A stretch of 57,857 nucleotides of DNA from Candidatus Falkowbacteria bacterium (GCA_016218485.1 JACRDY010000041.1:1-57857), one strand, 5' to 3'; counted from the stretch's first letter, positions 1 to 9,271 are shown. Made by a program: numbers and translations. Notes: a model not told the origin generated them from the letters alone.

Positions 1-202
1 ACAAAGCTGTGTGACAACTGCTTTAAGCTTTTTGAAGATTAAGAGCTTCATAGACTTAGACAGTTCTAAAAAGACACCTGAGGGTGTCATTTTTAGTATA
101 TCAAGTTTTAGTTAATTGGGGGAGTTTCGTAATTCACAGCCCCTAGACAATCCTTTTATTTTCCGATAAAATAAGGGTACTAGAGTTTTTTATTTTCTTG
201 GT

Positions 203-871
203 ATGTCTGAAGCGATTAAAAAAAGACTGCCGCTCCTCATTGTGGCTATAATTTTTGTGGTGCTCATTGGCGTGTTTGTGTGGAAATCAAATATTAAGGA
301 GGAAAAATTTGACTGGGCGTCGTATGCTGATTTAACGCTCAGCGAGCAGGAAAAGACGACCTATCAAGAGGCGGCGGATAAATTATCCAAGAATAATAAT
401 GACGCTGATTCGCTGTTGAGTCTCGCGCGTTTGCGTGATTACGGCGGTGATCCGGAAGGCGCGCTCCGGCTGTATGAGAAAGTCCTAGAACAACGACCGC
501 AAGATATTGTGATTCTGAATAACATGGCGGTGATTTACTATTCCATTGGCGAGTATGAGCAGGCGGAAGGGAAATATCAGCAGATCCTGGCAGTGACGCC
601 GAAATGGACGAACGCCTATCGCGAGCTGGTGAATCTGTACCGCTACAAGCTGACGGATAAATACTCAACCGTGCCCGAGCTGTTGCAGAAAGGTTTTGAC
701 GCGACGCCGGAGGCTAAAGAAGATTTTTACGCTCTGTTCGCCGTGTACTATGAAGACGTGGATGACCTGCAGCAGGCCATAGAATACTATAATAAAGTCT
801 TAGAGGTGAATCCGAATAATACCGGCGCAGCGTCGGCTCTGGATTCTCTCTGGCAGCGTCTTCAATCCTAG
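203..871 (+). CDS. Membrane-anchored tetratricopeptide-repeat (TPR) protein
   Basis: N-terminal hydrophobic anchor, then TPR-like repeats (ALRLYEKVLEQRP, AEGKYQQILAVTP, AIEYYNKVLEVNPNN). Confidence 0.85.
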   Translation: MSEAIKKRLPLLIVAIIFVVLIGVFVWKSNIKEEKFDWASYADLTLSEQEKTTYQEAADKLSKNNNDADSLLSLARLRDYGGDPEGALRLYEKVLEQRPQDIVILNNMAVIYYSIGEYEQAEGKYQQILAVTPKWTNAYRELVNLYRYKLTDKYSTVPELLQKGFDATPEAKEDFYALFAVYYEDVDDLQQAIEYYNKVLEVNPNNTGAASALDSLWQRLQS

Positions 872-942
872 AGCTGGTTACCAAACTATTCCTGCTGCAA
901 TTTGCCATTTTTGCCCGAACGGAATAGTTTGGTAACTATCTC
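871..942. mobile_element. 72-bp internally deleted MITE-like element, related to the 178-bp elements at 38183 and 40115
   Basis: Terminal inverted repeats GAGCTGGTTACCAAACTATTCC / GGAATAGTTTGGTAACTATCTC, flanked by CTA on both sides; internal GCTGCAATTTG shared with the 38183 copy. Confidence 0.6.
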
Positions 943-958
943 CTAATCAGTCAATCGT

Positions 959-2416
959 ATGTACAAACAACTACTGCTCATTGCCTGGTTCTTAACCATG
1001 CCATCACTGGCGGCCGCCGCCAGTGACACGACGAATAATGGCGCGACCGGGGACTTTTTTTACCCCGCCACGTTGGATAATCTAGCCCTGGATATCAGCC
1101 TGAAGAGTTCGGAGAGCTATGACAAGCTCCTGGCCCTGACCGTGAAAAATAACGGCACCGCGGGCAGTATCTATGAGATCGCGGGACTCAAACTTTGGCA
1201 GGATAGCGGCGCGGCGGGCTGGCAGGGCTGGGGCGTGGATACGGAGTTAGGCAGCGCGAGCTACTTCAATGGCGGATGGTATTTTAATAATCTTGACGCG
1301 ATTATCCCAGCTGAAGGACTGCGGGTGTTCGTCACGCTCGACACCAACCGCAGCATTGTCACCAAGCGGACGGTGCAGCTGTACATCCCGGTGCTGGAGG
1401 ACGCGGGCACGGTAGGCATCTTTGACGTCGGCGACCAGGGAATTTTTACCATGAGTAAGCTCAATGGTCCGACCGTGAACTCGGTGATGAATGAGAAGGT
1501 CCAGGCGATCAACACGCAGACGGCGGATATCTTCAAGCCGGAAGGATTTATCAGTAACCTGAAGGATGGTACTACGCTTGGCAATACAACAAGTTTTACC
1601 ATTACCGGCAAAGCGCGGGATCAGGGCCGCGGCCATGTCAGCGCTGTTCAGCTGAGCGTGACGCAGGGCGCGAATCAGCAGCAGTGGTTCTCCGCCACGA
1701 GTACGGGGTCAGATTTTGCCACTTGGGAATATAAGATCCAGAATATTATTCCCGGTAATTATCATTTTTCCATTGAAGTCCGTGATGACTCCGGGAACAC
1801 GACTGGCGAGATCAATTCAATGTTTGTGAAAGTGGCCGAGCCGGCGAGGCCGAATCAGCCCACCACGCCGGCATTGGGTGAGGGGGTACTGGCTCGTCAG
1901 GCTAATGGTTCACCGGTTTACCTGATTCAGAACGGCAAGAAGCGGCTGATTGACTTGGTAACGATTTTTGATTCTTGGGGCTATGATTGGGCTGATGTGG
2001 TGAACGCGGACATTTCAGCTTATCCTGATGGCACGCCGCTCGGATTCCGCGACGGCTATCTGATTAAGGCGGATAATGACAGTAAGGTCTATGTCATTGC
2101 CGGGGGGAGCCGATACTGGATTCCGACCGCGGCAGTGTTTGAGGATTTAGGTTACCGGTGGCATCAGATCAAGGTGGTCAGCGCCGAGTTTGTGGCCCGT
2201 CATCCGGACGGCGGCAGCTGGACCAAGAGCTATGTCCACCCAGACGGCACGTTGTTCAAGTATCAGACGTATCCCAAAGTGTACCTCTTAGAGAATAATA
2301 CCCGGCGCTGGATCATCAATGAAGCCACCTTCCTCGGACGGGGCTATAAGTGGGAGAATATTATTACCCTGCCAGACTGGGAAGGCTATTCGCTGGGGGC
2401 GGATATTACCTTGTAA
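959..2416 (+). CDS. Secreted surface protein with an Ig-like domain and three C-terminal CPR-type repeats
   Basis: Signal peptide; Ig-like segment (FTITGKARD...PGNYHFSIEVRDDSGN); three repeats of G-x-L-x-K...VY-x-I...R-x-WI...F-x-x-x-GY-x-W. Confidence 0.7.
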   Translation: MYKQLLLIAWFLTMPSLAAAASDTTNNGATGDFFYPATLDNLALDISLKSSESYDKLLALTVKNNGTAGSIYEIAGLKLWQDSGAAGWQGWGVDTELGSASYFNGGWYFNNLDAIIPAEGLRVFVTLDTNRSIVTKRTVQLYIPVLEDAGTVGIFDVGDQGIFTMSKLNGPTVNSVMNEKVQAINTQTADIFKPEGFISNLKDGTTLGNTTSFTITGKARDQGRGHVSAVQLSVTQGANQQQWFSATSTGSDFATWEYKIQNIIPGNYHFSIEVRDDSGNTTGEINSMFVKVAEPARPNQPTTPALGEGVLARQANGSPVYLIQNGKKRLIDLVTIFDSWGYDWADVVNADISAYPDGTPLGFRDGYLIKADNDSKVYVIAGGSRYWIPTAAVFEDLGYRWHQIKVVSAEFVARHPDGGSWTKSYVHPDGTLFKYQTYPKVYLLENNTRRWIINEATFLGRGYKWENIITLPDWEGYSLGADITL

Positions 2417-2479
2417 CGTGGTTGATATTTTAAAAAACGGCTGGAGTGTTCCGGCCGTTTTTGGTTGAGGATTCCAATA

Positions 2480-3046
2480 TTAATTTAAATAATTCCGGTC
2501 CTGTGCCCACTTCCCCGGGTTATTTTTCATATAACCACAAATATTTACATAGTCCCGATCATCCCTGATAATCCGTTCGTAATAATTCCGTTGCCACACC
2601 GGGTTCCCCTGCCGCTGTAACAAACAATTAATCTGTTTTGCTGAATTCATTTTGAAATACCCAATAATTTTGGATAAGGTCATCTGACGTCGTTGATCGC
2701 GTAACGGTATTATGGACGATAAACGCTGGTGTAGGGGCGATTCATGAATCGCCCCTACGGGTGCGATGATTTCAATGATACCGTGGATATGGTTGGGCAT
2801 AATGATATAATCGTCCAAAATCACATTATTAAAACGTTTCGGGATACGTACCCATTGGTGTTTGATGATTTTGCCACAATCGCTTAAAACCATCCGTTCG
2901 TTGTTAATGTCCCCAAACAAACATTGTTTATTATCCGTACTACAAATGGTAATGAAATACCACCCTTCACCTGAATAATCATAGGCGGGGAGGCGAATGG
3001 AACGGCGTCGGTGGTGATTGGGGTTATAGGGCATATACCCCACCAT
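2480..3046 (-). CDS. REP-associated tyrosine transposase (RAYT, Y1/HUH, IS200-like)
   Basis: RRSIRLPAYDYS, YFITIC, HUH motif MPNHIHGII, WQRNYYERIIR, YMKNNP. Confidence 0.9.
   Translation of the reverse strand: MVGYMPYNPNHHRRRSIRLPAYDYSGEGWYFITICSTDNKQCLFGDINNERMVLSDCGKIIKHQWVRIPKRFNNVILDDYIIMPNHIHGIIEIIAPVGAIHESPLHQRLSSIIPLRDQRRQMTLSKIIGYFKMNSAKQINCLLQRQGNPVWQRNYYERIIRDDRDYVNICGYMKNNPGKWAQDRNYLN
2731..2758. repeat. Perfect 28-bp GTAG-type REP palindrome inside the RAYT gene
   Basis: GTAGGGGCGATTCA|TGAATCGCCCCTAC; translated as VGAIHESPL. Confidence 0.85.
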
Positions 3047-3160
3047 AACATTTGAAGGATTAAATATTTCTAAATTTTTTATGAATATTTTTTAAATTTA
3101 TAACCATGTGACTAGGTGGTAATGTGACAATATCCGTTTTTTCTGCTAAAATAAAGCTAT

Positions 3161-5302
3161 ATGTTTCATAGCCGGTTACCTAAAAGTACGATTGTCCTCG
3201 TTATTTTTTTAATCAACTTGTTTATCATATCGCCGGCCTTCGCGCTCAAGCCCAATGACCCCGATTATTTTTTGCAGTGGTACATTGAGACGATGCGCCT
3301 GCCGCAGGCTTGGGATTATACCCAAGGCTCGGAGGACGTGATCGTCGCTGTCCTAGACACCGGTCTGGACCTGGATCACCCTGATCTGGCGGCTAACGTT
3401 TGGGTCAATAGCGATGAGATCGGCGGGGACGGCGTTGATAATGATCACAACGGCTATAGTGATGACGTGCATGGCTATGATTTCGTTGATAATGATGCTG
3501 ATCCGAGCCCAGACTTCAGTATCGGCTATGACCCGAAAGCCCTGACCCATGGGACGATCGTCTCCGGTTTGATCGGCGCGGTGGGGGACAATCTCTGGGG
3601 CATTAGCGGGGTGGCCTGGCGCGTGCGCCTGATGCCGGTGCGCGTTTTGGATAATTACGGCATGGCGGATATTGGCCCGACGCTTAAGGGTATTGATTAC
3701 GCGGTCGCCAATGGCGCTGATATTATTAACTTAAGTTTTCAGGGAAATTTTCCCTATGAGGATTTTGCCGCGGCGATTCAGCGCGCGTATCGAGCCGGCG
3801 TGGTGGTGACGGCCGCGGCGGGCAATGGCACCAGCGCCGTCAATGGCTTTGACTTGGATCAAACACAGTTTTACCCGGTGTGCTATGGTTTTGACAACGC
3901 CGCCGATCTGGTGATCGGCGTTGGCGCGGTGGATACTCATGATGTTCGTTCACTCTTTTCTAATTTTGGCAGCCGGTGTTTGGATGTGACGGCGCCGGGC
4001 GAAGAGATCTACTCAACGCAAGTCTACCGTGGTCCGGGTACGGACTTGGCGGTGTACCAGGGCGGCTGGTGGCGGGGGACGTCACTGTCGGCGCCGATTG
4101 TGGCCGGCGTGGCCGCCCTGATCAAGTCCGTTAATAAAAATTTTTCTCCCAATCTCGTCTACAAATTTTTGACTGACACCGCCGTGCCGATTGACAGCTT
4201 GAATGAAGAGCGTGTGCGCGGCAAACTCGGCCGGGGGCGGGTGGACGCCGGCGCGGCAGTCAAAGCGGCGGTTGACTACAATCAGACGCAGGGGCGGCTG
4301 GTGGATACATTGCCTAAGTTTGTGGCGCCTGCGCCAACATTGAATCTCACCAGTGGTGTCGTCGTCGCGCCTGGCGCCGGCTACCAACCGGAAGTGAAAT
4401 TATTTAATACTCAACTGCAGGATGAGGGAAAATTTTTGGCTTATGACAGCAAGTTCACCGGCGGCGTCAACCTGGCGGTGGCTGACATTAATCACGATGG
4501 CCGGCAGGAAGTCATCACCGCGCCGGGTCGTGGCGGCGGACCGCACGTGCGGATCTTCACCCAAGACGGCACCGTGCTGCAGCAGTTTATGGCCTATGAT
4601 CCCAAGTTCACCGGCGGGGTGAACGTGGCCATCGGCGACGTTGATGGTGATAAAATTTTAGATATCATCATTGCGCCGGGTCGCGGCGACGGGCTAGCCT
4701 CGCCGAGTCTAGGCGGGCCGAACGTTCGCGTCTTTGATTACCAGGGCAATATCAAGTATCAATTCATGGCCTACGACAGCAAGTTCACCGGCGGGGTCAA
4801 CCTGGCGGTGGGCGACCTCAATTTGGACGGCGTTGATGAGATAGTAACGGCGCCGCAGAGCGGCAGTCAGCCGGTGCGGGTATTTAATTTTAAGGGCCAG
4901 CAGCAGTCTTCTTTCACTCCCTATGCCGCCAATTTTAAGGGCGGCGTGCGGCTGGCGGTGGGTGACCTGGACGGCGATTATCAACCCGAGATTATTACCG
5001 GGCCACAGGGGAGCGGTGGGCCGCACGTCAGAGTGTTTGATTCGCTCGGTAAAGTGAAAAATCAATTTTTTGTTTTTTATGAAAAATATCTGGGCGGCGT
5101 GCGGCTGGCGGTAGGCGATTATAATTTTGACGGGCGCGATGAACTGTTGGTGGCGCGTGGTTCGGGTGATAGCCAGGTGAAAGTATTGACACTGCAGGGG
5201 CCAGCCTCGCCGAGTTTAGGTTGGCAAGAAATCGCCCAGTTTTCCGCTTTTAGTCAAGGTTACACGGCAGGGGTAAATGTTGCTATAATAGAAGTACGGT
5301 AA
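3161..5302 (+). CDS. Secreted subtilisin-like S8 serine protease with C-terminal FG-GAP repeats
   Basis: Catalytic motifs VAVLDTG, HGT, GTSLSAP; repeats GGVNLAVGD-x-x-x-DG...GPHVRVF. Confidence 0.92.
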   Translation: MFHSRLPKSTIVLVIFLINLFIISPAFALKPNDPDYFLQWYIETMRLPQAWDYTQGSEDVIVAVLDTGLDLDHPDLAANVWVNSDEIGGDGVDNDHNGYSDDVHGYDFVDNDADPSPDFSIGYDPKALTHGTIVSGLIGAVGDNLWGISGVAWRVRLMPVRVLDNYGMADIGPTLKGIDYAVANGADIINLSFQGNFPYEDFAAAIQRAYRAGVVVTAAAGNGTSAVNGFDLDQTQFYPVCYGFDNAADLVIGVGAVDTHDVRSLFSNFGSRCLDVTAPGEEIYSTQVYRGPGTDLAVYQGGWWRGTSLSAPIVAGVAALIKSVNKNFSPNLVYKFLTDTAVPIDSLNEERVRGKLGRGRVDAGAAVKAAVDYNQTQGRLVDTLPKFVAPAPTLNLTSGVVVAPGAGYQPEVKLFNTQLQDEGKFLAYDSKFTGGVNLAVADINHDGRQEVITAPGRGGGPHVRIFTQDGTVLQQFMAYDPKFTGGVNVAIGDVDGDKILDIIIAPGRGDGLASPSLGGPNVRVFDYQGNIKYQFMAYDSKFTGGVNLAVGDLNLDGVDEIVTAPQSGSQPVRVFNFKGQQQSSFTPYAANFKGGVRLAVGDLDGDYQPEIITGPQGSGGPHVRVFDSLGKVKNQFFVFYEKYLGGVRLAVGDYNFDGRDELLVARGSGDSQVKVLTLQGPASPSLGWQEIAQFSAFSQGYTAGVNVAIIEVR

Positions 5303-5724
5303 TGTTCATAACCAAACTGTCTGGCGGTACCGTTCGCCAGCTCCTGAAGTTTTGCCTGGTAGGCGCGGTCAATACCGCGGTGGACTTTATAATGTACATC
5401 AGCCTGACGCGGGGCTGGAGCTGGTGGGCGGCGCAGTATCTGCTCGCCAATGCGATTGCATTTTTGACGGCCAATATTTTTAGTTTTATTGTCAATAAAT
5501 CGTGGACGTTTGACGATTTTGCCAATCAGTCTTACCATTGGCAGTACCTCAAGTTTTTCCTTGTCAGTGTGACGGCATTACTGTTGGTTGAGGGCGTGCT
5601 GTTTATCACCGTTTACTGGTTCGACGGTTACGATTTGGTGGGTAAGGCGTTGGGTACAGTACTGGCGATCATTTGGAGCTTTGTGCTGCACCGTCGCTGG
5701 ACGTTTCAATCAGTTGAAAGTTAA
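5302..5724 (+). CDS. GtrA-family membrane protein (putative flippase)
   Basis: QLLKFCLVGAVNTAVD, four hydrophobic helices, C-terminal RRWTF. Confidence 0.88.
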   Translation: MFITKLSGGTVRQLLKFCLVGAVNTAVDFIMYISLTRGWSWWAAQYLLANAIAFLTANIFSFIVNKSWTFDDFANQSYHWQYLKFFLVSVTALLLVEGVLFITVYWFDGYDLVGKALGTVLAIIWSFVLHRRWTFQSVES

Positions 5725-5787
5725 AAGCTATCAAGTTGAAAGTTTTGTACTTTTAACTTTATAACTTTTAACTTTATAACTTTAAAC
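5712..5787. repeat. Inverted heptamer array, AAAGTT(A/G) family
   Basis: Left arm gttgaaa/gttaaaa, right arm (aactttt/aacttta)n; same family at 14507 and 31561. Confidence 0.8.
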
Positions 5788-5794
5788 TAACTGT

Positions 5795-6793
5795 ATGGCT
5801 GACAATAAAAAGAATATCGTCGTGCTCGGCGGAGCGGGTTTCGTCGGCTCTCACCTGTGTGATGAGCTGGTCAAGTACCACCATGTCATCTGTGTTGATG
5901 ACTTTATTTCCGGTGAGCAGAAAAATATCGATCACCTGCTGCGCGATCCGAATTTTGAATTTATTAAGCACAATATGGTGGAGCCGCTGGAGCTGGAGAC
6001 TTTGCCGGAGCTGGAACGTTTCAAGCTCAAAGTTTACGGCGTGGCGGAAGTCTACAACCTCGCCTGTCCGACTTCAGTCAAAGATTTTGAGAAAGATCGC
6101 ATCATCACCCTGGAGACGAACGGCTGGGGCACGCGCAACGGCTTGGAAATCGCCCGCCAGTACAAGTCCAAGTTTTTGCATTTTTCTTCTTCAGTTGTCT
6201 ATGGCGGCCGGACGGATGACGTCAAAGTGTTTACCGAAGACTACTGGGGGCATGTGGATTTCCTCTCACCGCGGGCTTGCTATGATGAGGGTCGCCGCTT
6301 TGCCGAGACGCAGGTGGTGACGTACCGTGATGTCTACGGACTTGATGCTAAGATCGTGCGGGTGTTTCGCGCCTATGGCCCGCGGATGAAGCTCTTTGAC
6401 GGTCAGATGCTGCCCGACTTTATTACCGACGCGCTGGAGAATAAGGAATTGGTCATCTACGGTGACAAAACATTTTCCACTTCACTGGTGTACGTCTCTG
6501 ACGTGGTGGATGCAGCCATCAAACTAATGGAGTCTGAAGAACATGGGCCGATCAATATCGGCGGTGTGGATGATTATAACTTGTACGAGGTGGCGCAGCA
6601 GATTGTGACCATGACGGGGTCACGGTCCAGTATTCTGTTTAAAGATCCGCTGTTGTTTATGACGCCGCTCGGTATTCCCGATATCAGTCGCGCCAAAGAT
6701 CTGCTCGGCTGGCTGCCGGTGGTGAGCCTGGCAGAAGGACTGCGCCAGACTATTGATTACACGCAGGCGGAAAAGGGGATGGTGAGGAATTGA
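5795..6793 (+). CDS. NAD-dependent epimerase/dehydratase, UDP-glucuronate decarboxylase-like
   Basis: GGAGFVGSHL, YNLACP, CYDEGRRFAET, YGPRM. Confidence 0.88.
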   Translation: MADNKKNIVVLGGAGFVGSHLCDELVKYHHVICVDDFISGEQKNIDHLLRDPNFEFIKHNMVEPLELETLPELERFKLKVYGVAEVYNLACPTSVKDFEKDRIITLETNGWGTRNGLEIARQYKSKFLHFSSSVVYGGRTDDVKVFTEDYWGHVDFLSPRACYDEGRRFAETQVVTYRDVYGLDAKIVRVFRAYGPRMKLFDGQMLPDFITDALENKELVIYGDKTFSTSLVYVSDVVDAAIKLMESEEHGPINIGGVDDYNLYEVAQQIVTMTGSRSSILFKDPLLFMTPLGIPDISRAKDLLGWLPVVSLAEGLRQTIDYTQAEKGMVRN

Positions 6794-6800
6794 TGATGAT

Positions 6801-6874
6801 TTCAGATTGCAGATTTCAGATCGCAGATTTGTATCGTAGTAACGTTTAATGTCAGCCCAATCTGCAATCTACAA
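6801..6874. repeat. Inverted heptamer array, TGCAGAT/ATCTGCA family (no gene inside)
   Basis: ttcagat tgcagat ttcagat cgcagat ... aatctgc aatctac. Confidence 0.8.
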
Positions 6875-6879
6875 TTTTT

Positions 6880-7545
6880 ATGAATATTTATATCGTTGTT
6901 CCGGCGTATAATGAAGCGCGGCATATTAGTCAAACAGTGGGGGACTTGAAAAAACAGTTCCCGCCGAAAAATATCGTGGTGGTGGATGACGGTTCGGTTG
7001 ACGATACGTTTACACTGGCGCAGACTCTTGGCGTGGTGGCGCTGCGGCACAGGATTAATCGGGGACAGGGCGCGGCCTTGCAGACCGGGAATGAGTATGC
7101 CTTGAGTCACGGCGCAGAGGCGATCGTCCACTTTGATGCGGATGGGCAGCACCAGGCCAGTGAAGTCGGCCAGTGGATTGCGCCGATTATTGCCGGTACT
7201 GCCGATGTTGTACTTGGCTCACGTTTTCTTGGCACGCAGTCGAATATCCCCTTGAGTAAGAAGGTTTTTTTCAAGATCATTATTCCTCTGCACAATCTGT
7301 TTATTGGTTTACGCCTGACTGACCTACACAATGGCACCCGCGTGTTGAGTCGGGCGGCCGCCGAGAAAATCCGGATTACCCAGGACGGTATGGCCCACAA
7401 TTCCGAGATTTCCGGGCAAATCAGCAAGTTTCAGCTGCGCTACACTGAAGTGCCGGTAACGGTTACTTATAGTGAATATGGCCAGGGTCTGCGCGGGGCA
7501 GTGAAGATTTTTAAGGATTTAATGAAACGGGGAGTGGTGGGGTGA
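6880..7545 (+). CDS. GT2 glycosyltransferase (DPM1-like)
   Basis: VVPAYNE, VVDDGSVD, NRGQGAAL, FDADGQH. Confidence 0.92.
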   Translation: MNIYIVVPAYNEARHISQTVGDLKKQFPPKNIVVVDDGSVDDTFTLAQTLGVVALRHRINRGQGAALQTGNEYALSHGAEAIVHFDADGQHQASEVGQWIAPIIAGTADVVLGSRFLGTQSNIPLSKKVFFKIIIPLHNLFIGLRLTDLHNGTRVLSRAAAEKIRITQDGMAHNSEISGQISKFQLRYTEVPVTVTYSEYGQGLRGAVKIFKDLMKRGVVG

Positions 7546-7554
7546 TTGTTAGTG

Positions 7555-7617
7555 GCTGGTAATCAGTAACTAGTAATCAGTAACTAGGAATACAAATTAC
7601 CAGTTACCAGTTACCAA
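7555..7617. repeat. Inverted heptamer array, CTGGTAA/TTACCAG family
   Basis: gctggta atcagta actagta atcagta ... ttaccag ttaccag ttaccaa. Confidence 0.8.
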
Positions 7618-7622
7618 TTTAT

Positions 7623-7949
7623 ATGGCGATCAAAATAATTCTCTTAATCTTTATCCTCTTCGTGGTGCTGCGAACCGTTTTTCGTTTTACCAAAAAAGAA
7701 ATTCGCGGGCGAGAGCTCGTGGCTTGGCTGGTGTTTTGGGTACTCGTCGGTTCGGCCGTAGCGCTGCCGCAGACGACTGACGTACTGGCCGGTAAAGTCG
7801 GGGTCAGCCGCGGAGCCGATCTGCTCGTCTATATTTCCGTGCTAGTGTTGTTCTACTTAGTCTTTAAAGTATTGGTCAAGCTGGAAAAAATTGAGCGGCA
7901 GATGACGGAGGTGGTACGAGAAAAAGCGTTGAAGGAAAAAGGTGATTAA
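7623..7949 (+). CDS. DUF2304-like small membrane protein
   Basis: WLVFW, GVSRGADLLVY, C-terminal KIERQMTEVVR; typical position after a GT2 gene. Confidence 0.8.
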   Translation: MAIKIILLIFILFVVLRTVFRFTKKEIRGRELVAWLVFWVLVGSAVALPQTTDVLAGKVGVSRGADLLVYISVLVLFYLVFKVLVKLEKIERQMTEVVREKALKEKGD

Positions 7950-8140
7950 ATCCCAATACCTAAAAGTTCAAAATCCTAAGCTCAAAGTTTAAATCAAGTT
8001 CAAAATTCTAAGTTCAAAATATCCAACATTGCTACTCTTTGAACTTTGTCATTTGGCATTGATTTGAACTTTGCCTTTCGGCCTTGAGCTCAGGGCCGAA
8101 GGGGGTTTTGAACTTTGAACTTAAGGCCTTGAATTTTTTG
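7949..8140. repeat. Dispersed ~150-190 bp inverted array, AAGTTCAA/TTGAACTT family, with an inserted hairpin
   Basis: Core tttgaactttgtcatttggcattgatttgaacttt shared with 16264 and 54376, and in reverse with 15524 and 17331; hairpin cctttcggccttgagctcagggccgaaggg at 8074-8103. Confidence 0.85.
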
Positions 8141-8148
8141 TTTAAACT

Positions 8149-9264
8149 ATGATTAAAAAAATTGCTATCATCCTCGCCCCGAACTGGCGTGATTACGCCG
8201 AGCGGTATTTGGCCGACTGTGTCCGGGCGATTCGGGCGCAAGACTGGACGGGCGAGTACAAAATTTTTTTGACTGATAATTCCTCAACGCCGGAGAGCGT
8301 TGCTTTTATTAGACAGACAGCGCCGGAAATTGATTTAATTACTAACGCCGCCAATGACGGTTTCTGTAAAGGTAATAATGACGCGCTGCGGCGAGCGATG
8401 CAACAGGGGTTTGAATATTTCGTGCTCCTCAACATGGACACGGAGGTGGCGCCGGATTGGCTGCGGCAGCTCGTTTCAGCAGCTGATCGTTTGAATAGCT
8501 GGGGCGCGGTGCAGTCGCGGCTGATGCTGTTTGATGACAAGACGAAAATTAACAGTCTGGGGAATGATTTGCACTATTTGGGGTTTGGGTTTTCACATGG
8601 GGAAGGGCAGGAATGGGAAATTAGAAATCGGAAATTAGAAATTGGAAACTCACCTCGCTTCGCGGGCGAAGCGGGTGGACAAGGGGAAGGAAATAACGAG
8701 GTAACATATTTTAGTGGTGCGGCAGTATTATTGCGCAAAGATGTATTAGACGCGGTCGGGTTGTTTGACGAGGAGTTCTGGATGTACCATGAAGATCTGG
8801 ATTTGTCCTGGCGGATACGGTTGGCGGGCTACCCCTTATGTCTGGCGCCGGATTCAGTGGCGTACCACAAGTACCAATTCGCCAAGAGCATCAGGCAGTA
8901 TTACTGGATGGAGCGCAACCGCGCTATTTGCCTCCTGACCCTCTACCGCTGGCCGACGATACTCTTGATCTACCCGATGTGGCTGGTGATGGACGCGGCG
9001 CTGTTACTGTTTGCCATCAAAAATGGCTTTTGGTGGGAAAAAATCAAAGCCTGCTGTTGGCTGATGCTGCCGACCACCTGGGTCTATTTGACAAAACGTC
9101 GCCAACAGATTAAAAAGCTAAGACGCGTGGGAGATCGCGAAATTGTCCGTTTATTCGTCGCAGAAATTAAATTCCAGCCGGTGGATAATTGGCTGCTGCG
9201 GCGGGTAGGCAATCCGGTGATGCGGCTGTACTGGCGGGTCGTTTTGCCATTGATTATTTGGTAG
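8149..9264 (+). CDS. GT2 glycosyltransferase (rhamnosyltransferase-like) with an in-frame repeat insertion
   Basis: DNSS, GFCKGNN, LLNMDT, SGAAVLLR, FWMYHEDLDLSWR; insertion WEIRNRKLEIGNSPRFAGEAGG. Confidence 0.9.
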   Translation: MIKKIAIILAPNWRDYAERYLADCVRAIRAQDWTGEYKIFLTDNSSTPESVAFIRQTAPEIDLITNAANDGFCKGNNDALRRAMQQGFEYFVLLNMDTEVAPDWLRQLVSAADRLNSWGAVQSRLMLFDDKTKINSLGNDLHYLGFGFSHGEGQEWEIRNRKLEIGNSPRFAGEAGGQGEGNNEVTYFSGAAVLLRKDVLDAVGLFDEEFWMYHEDLDLSWRIRLAGYPLCLAPDSVAYHKYQFAKSIRQYYWMERNRAICLLTLYRWPTILLIYPMWLVMDAALLLFAIKNGFWWEKIKACCWLMLPTTWVYLTKRRQQIKKLRRVGDREIVRLFVAEIKFQPVDNWLLRRVGNPVMRLYWRVVLPLIIW

Positions 9265-9271
9265 TGAGGAG

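Noticed and set aside
4440-5120. DNA repeats gacagcaagttcaccggcgg in the S8 gene as a mobile or regulatory repeat
   Set aside because: They are explained by FG-GAP protein repeat duplication
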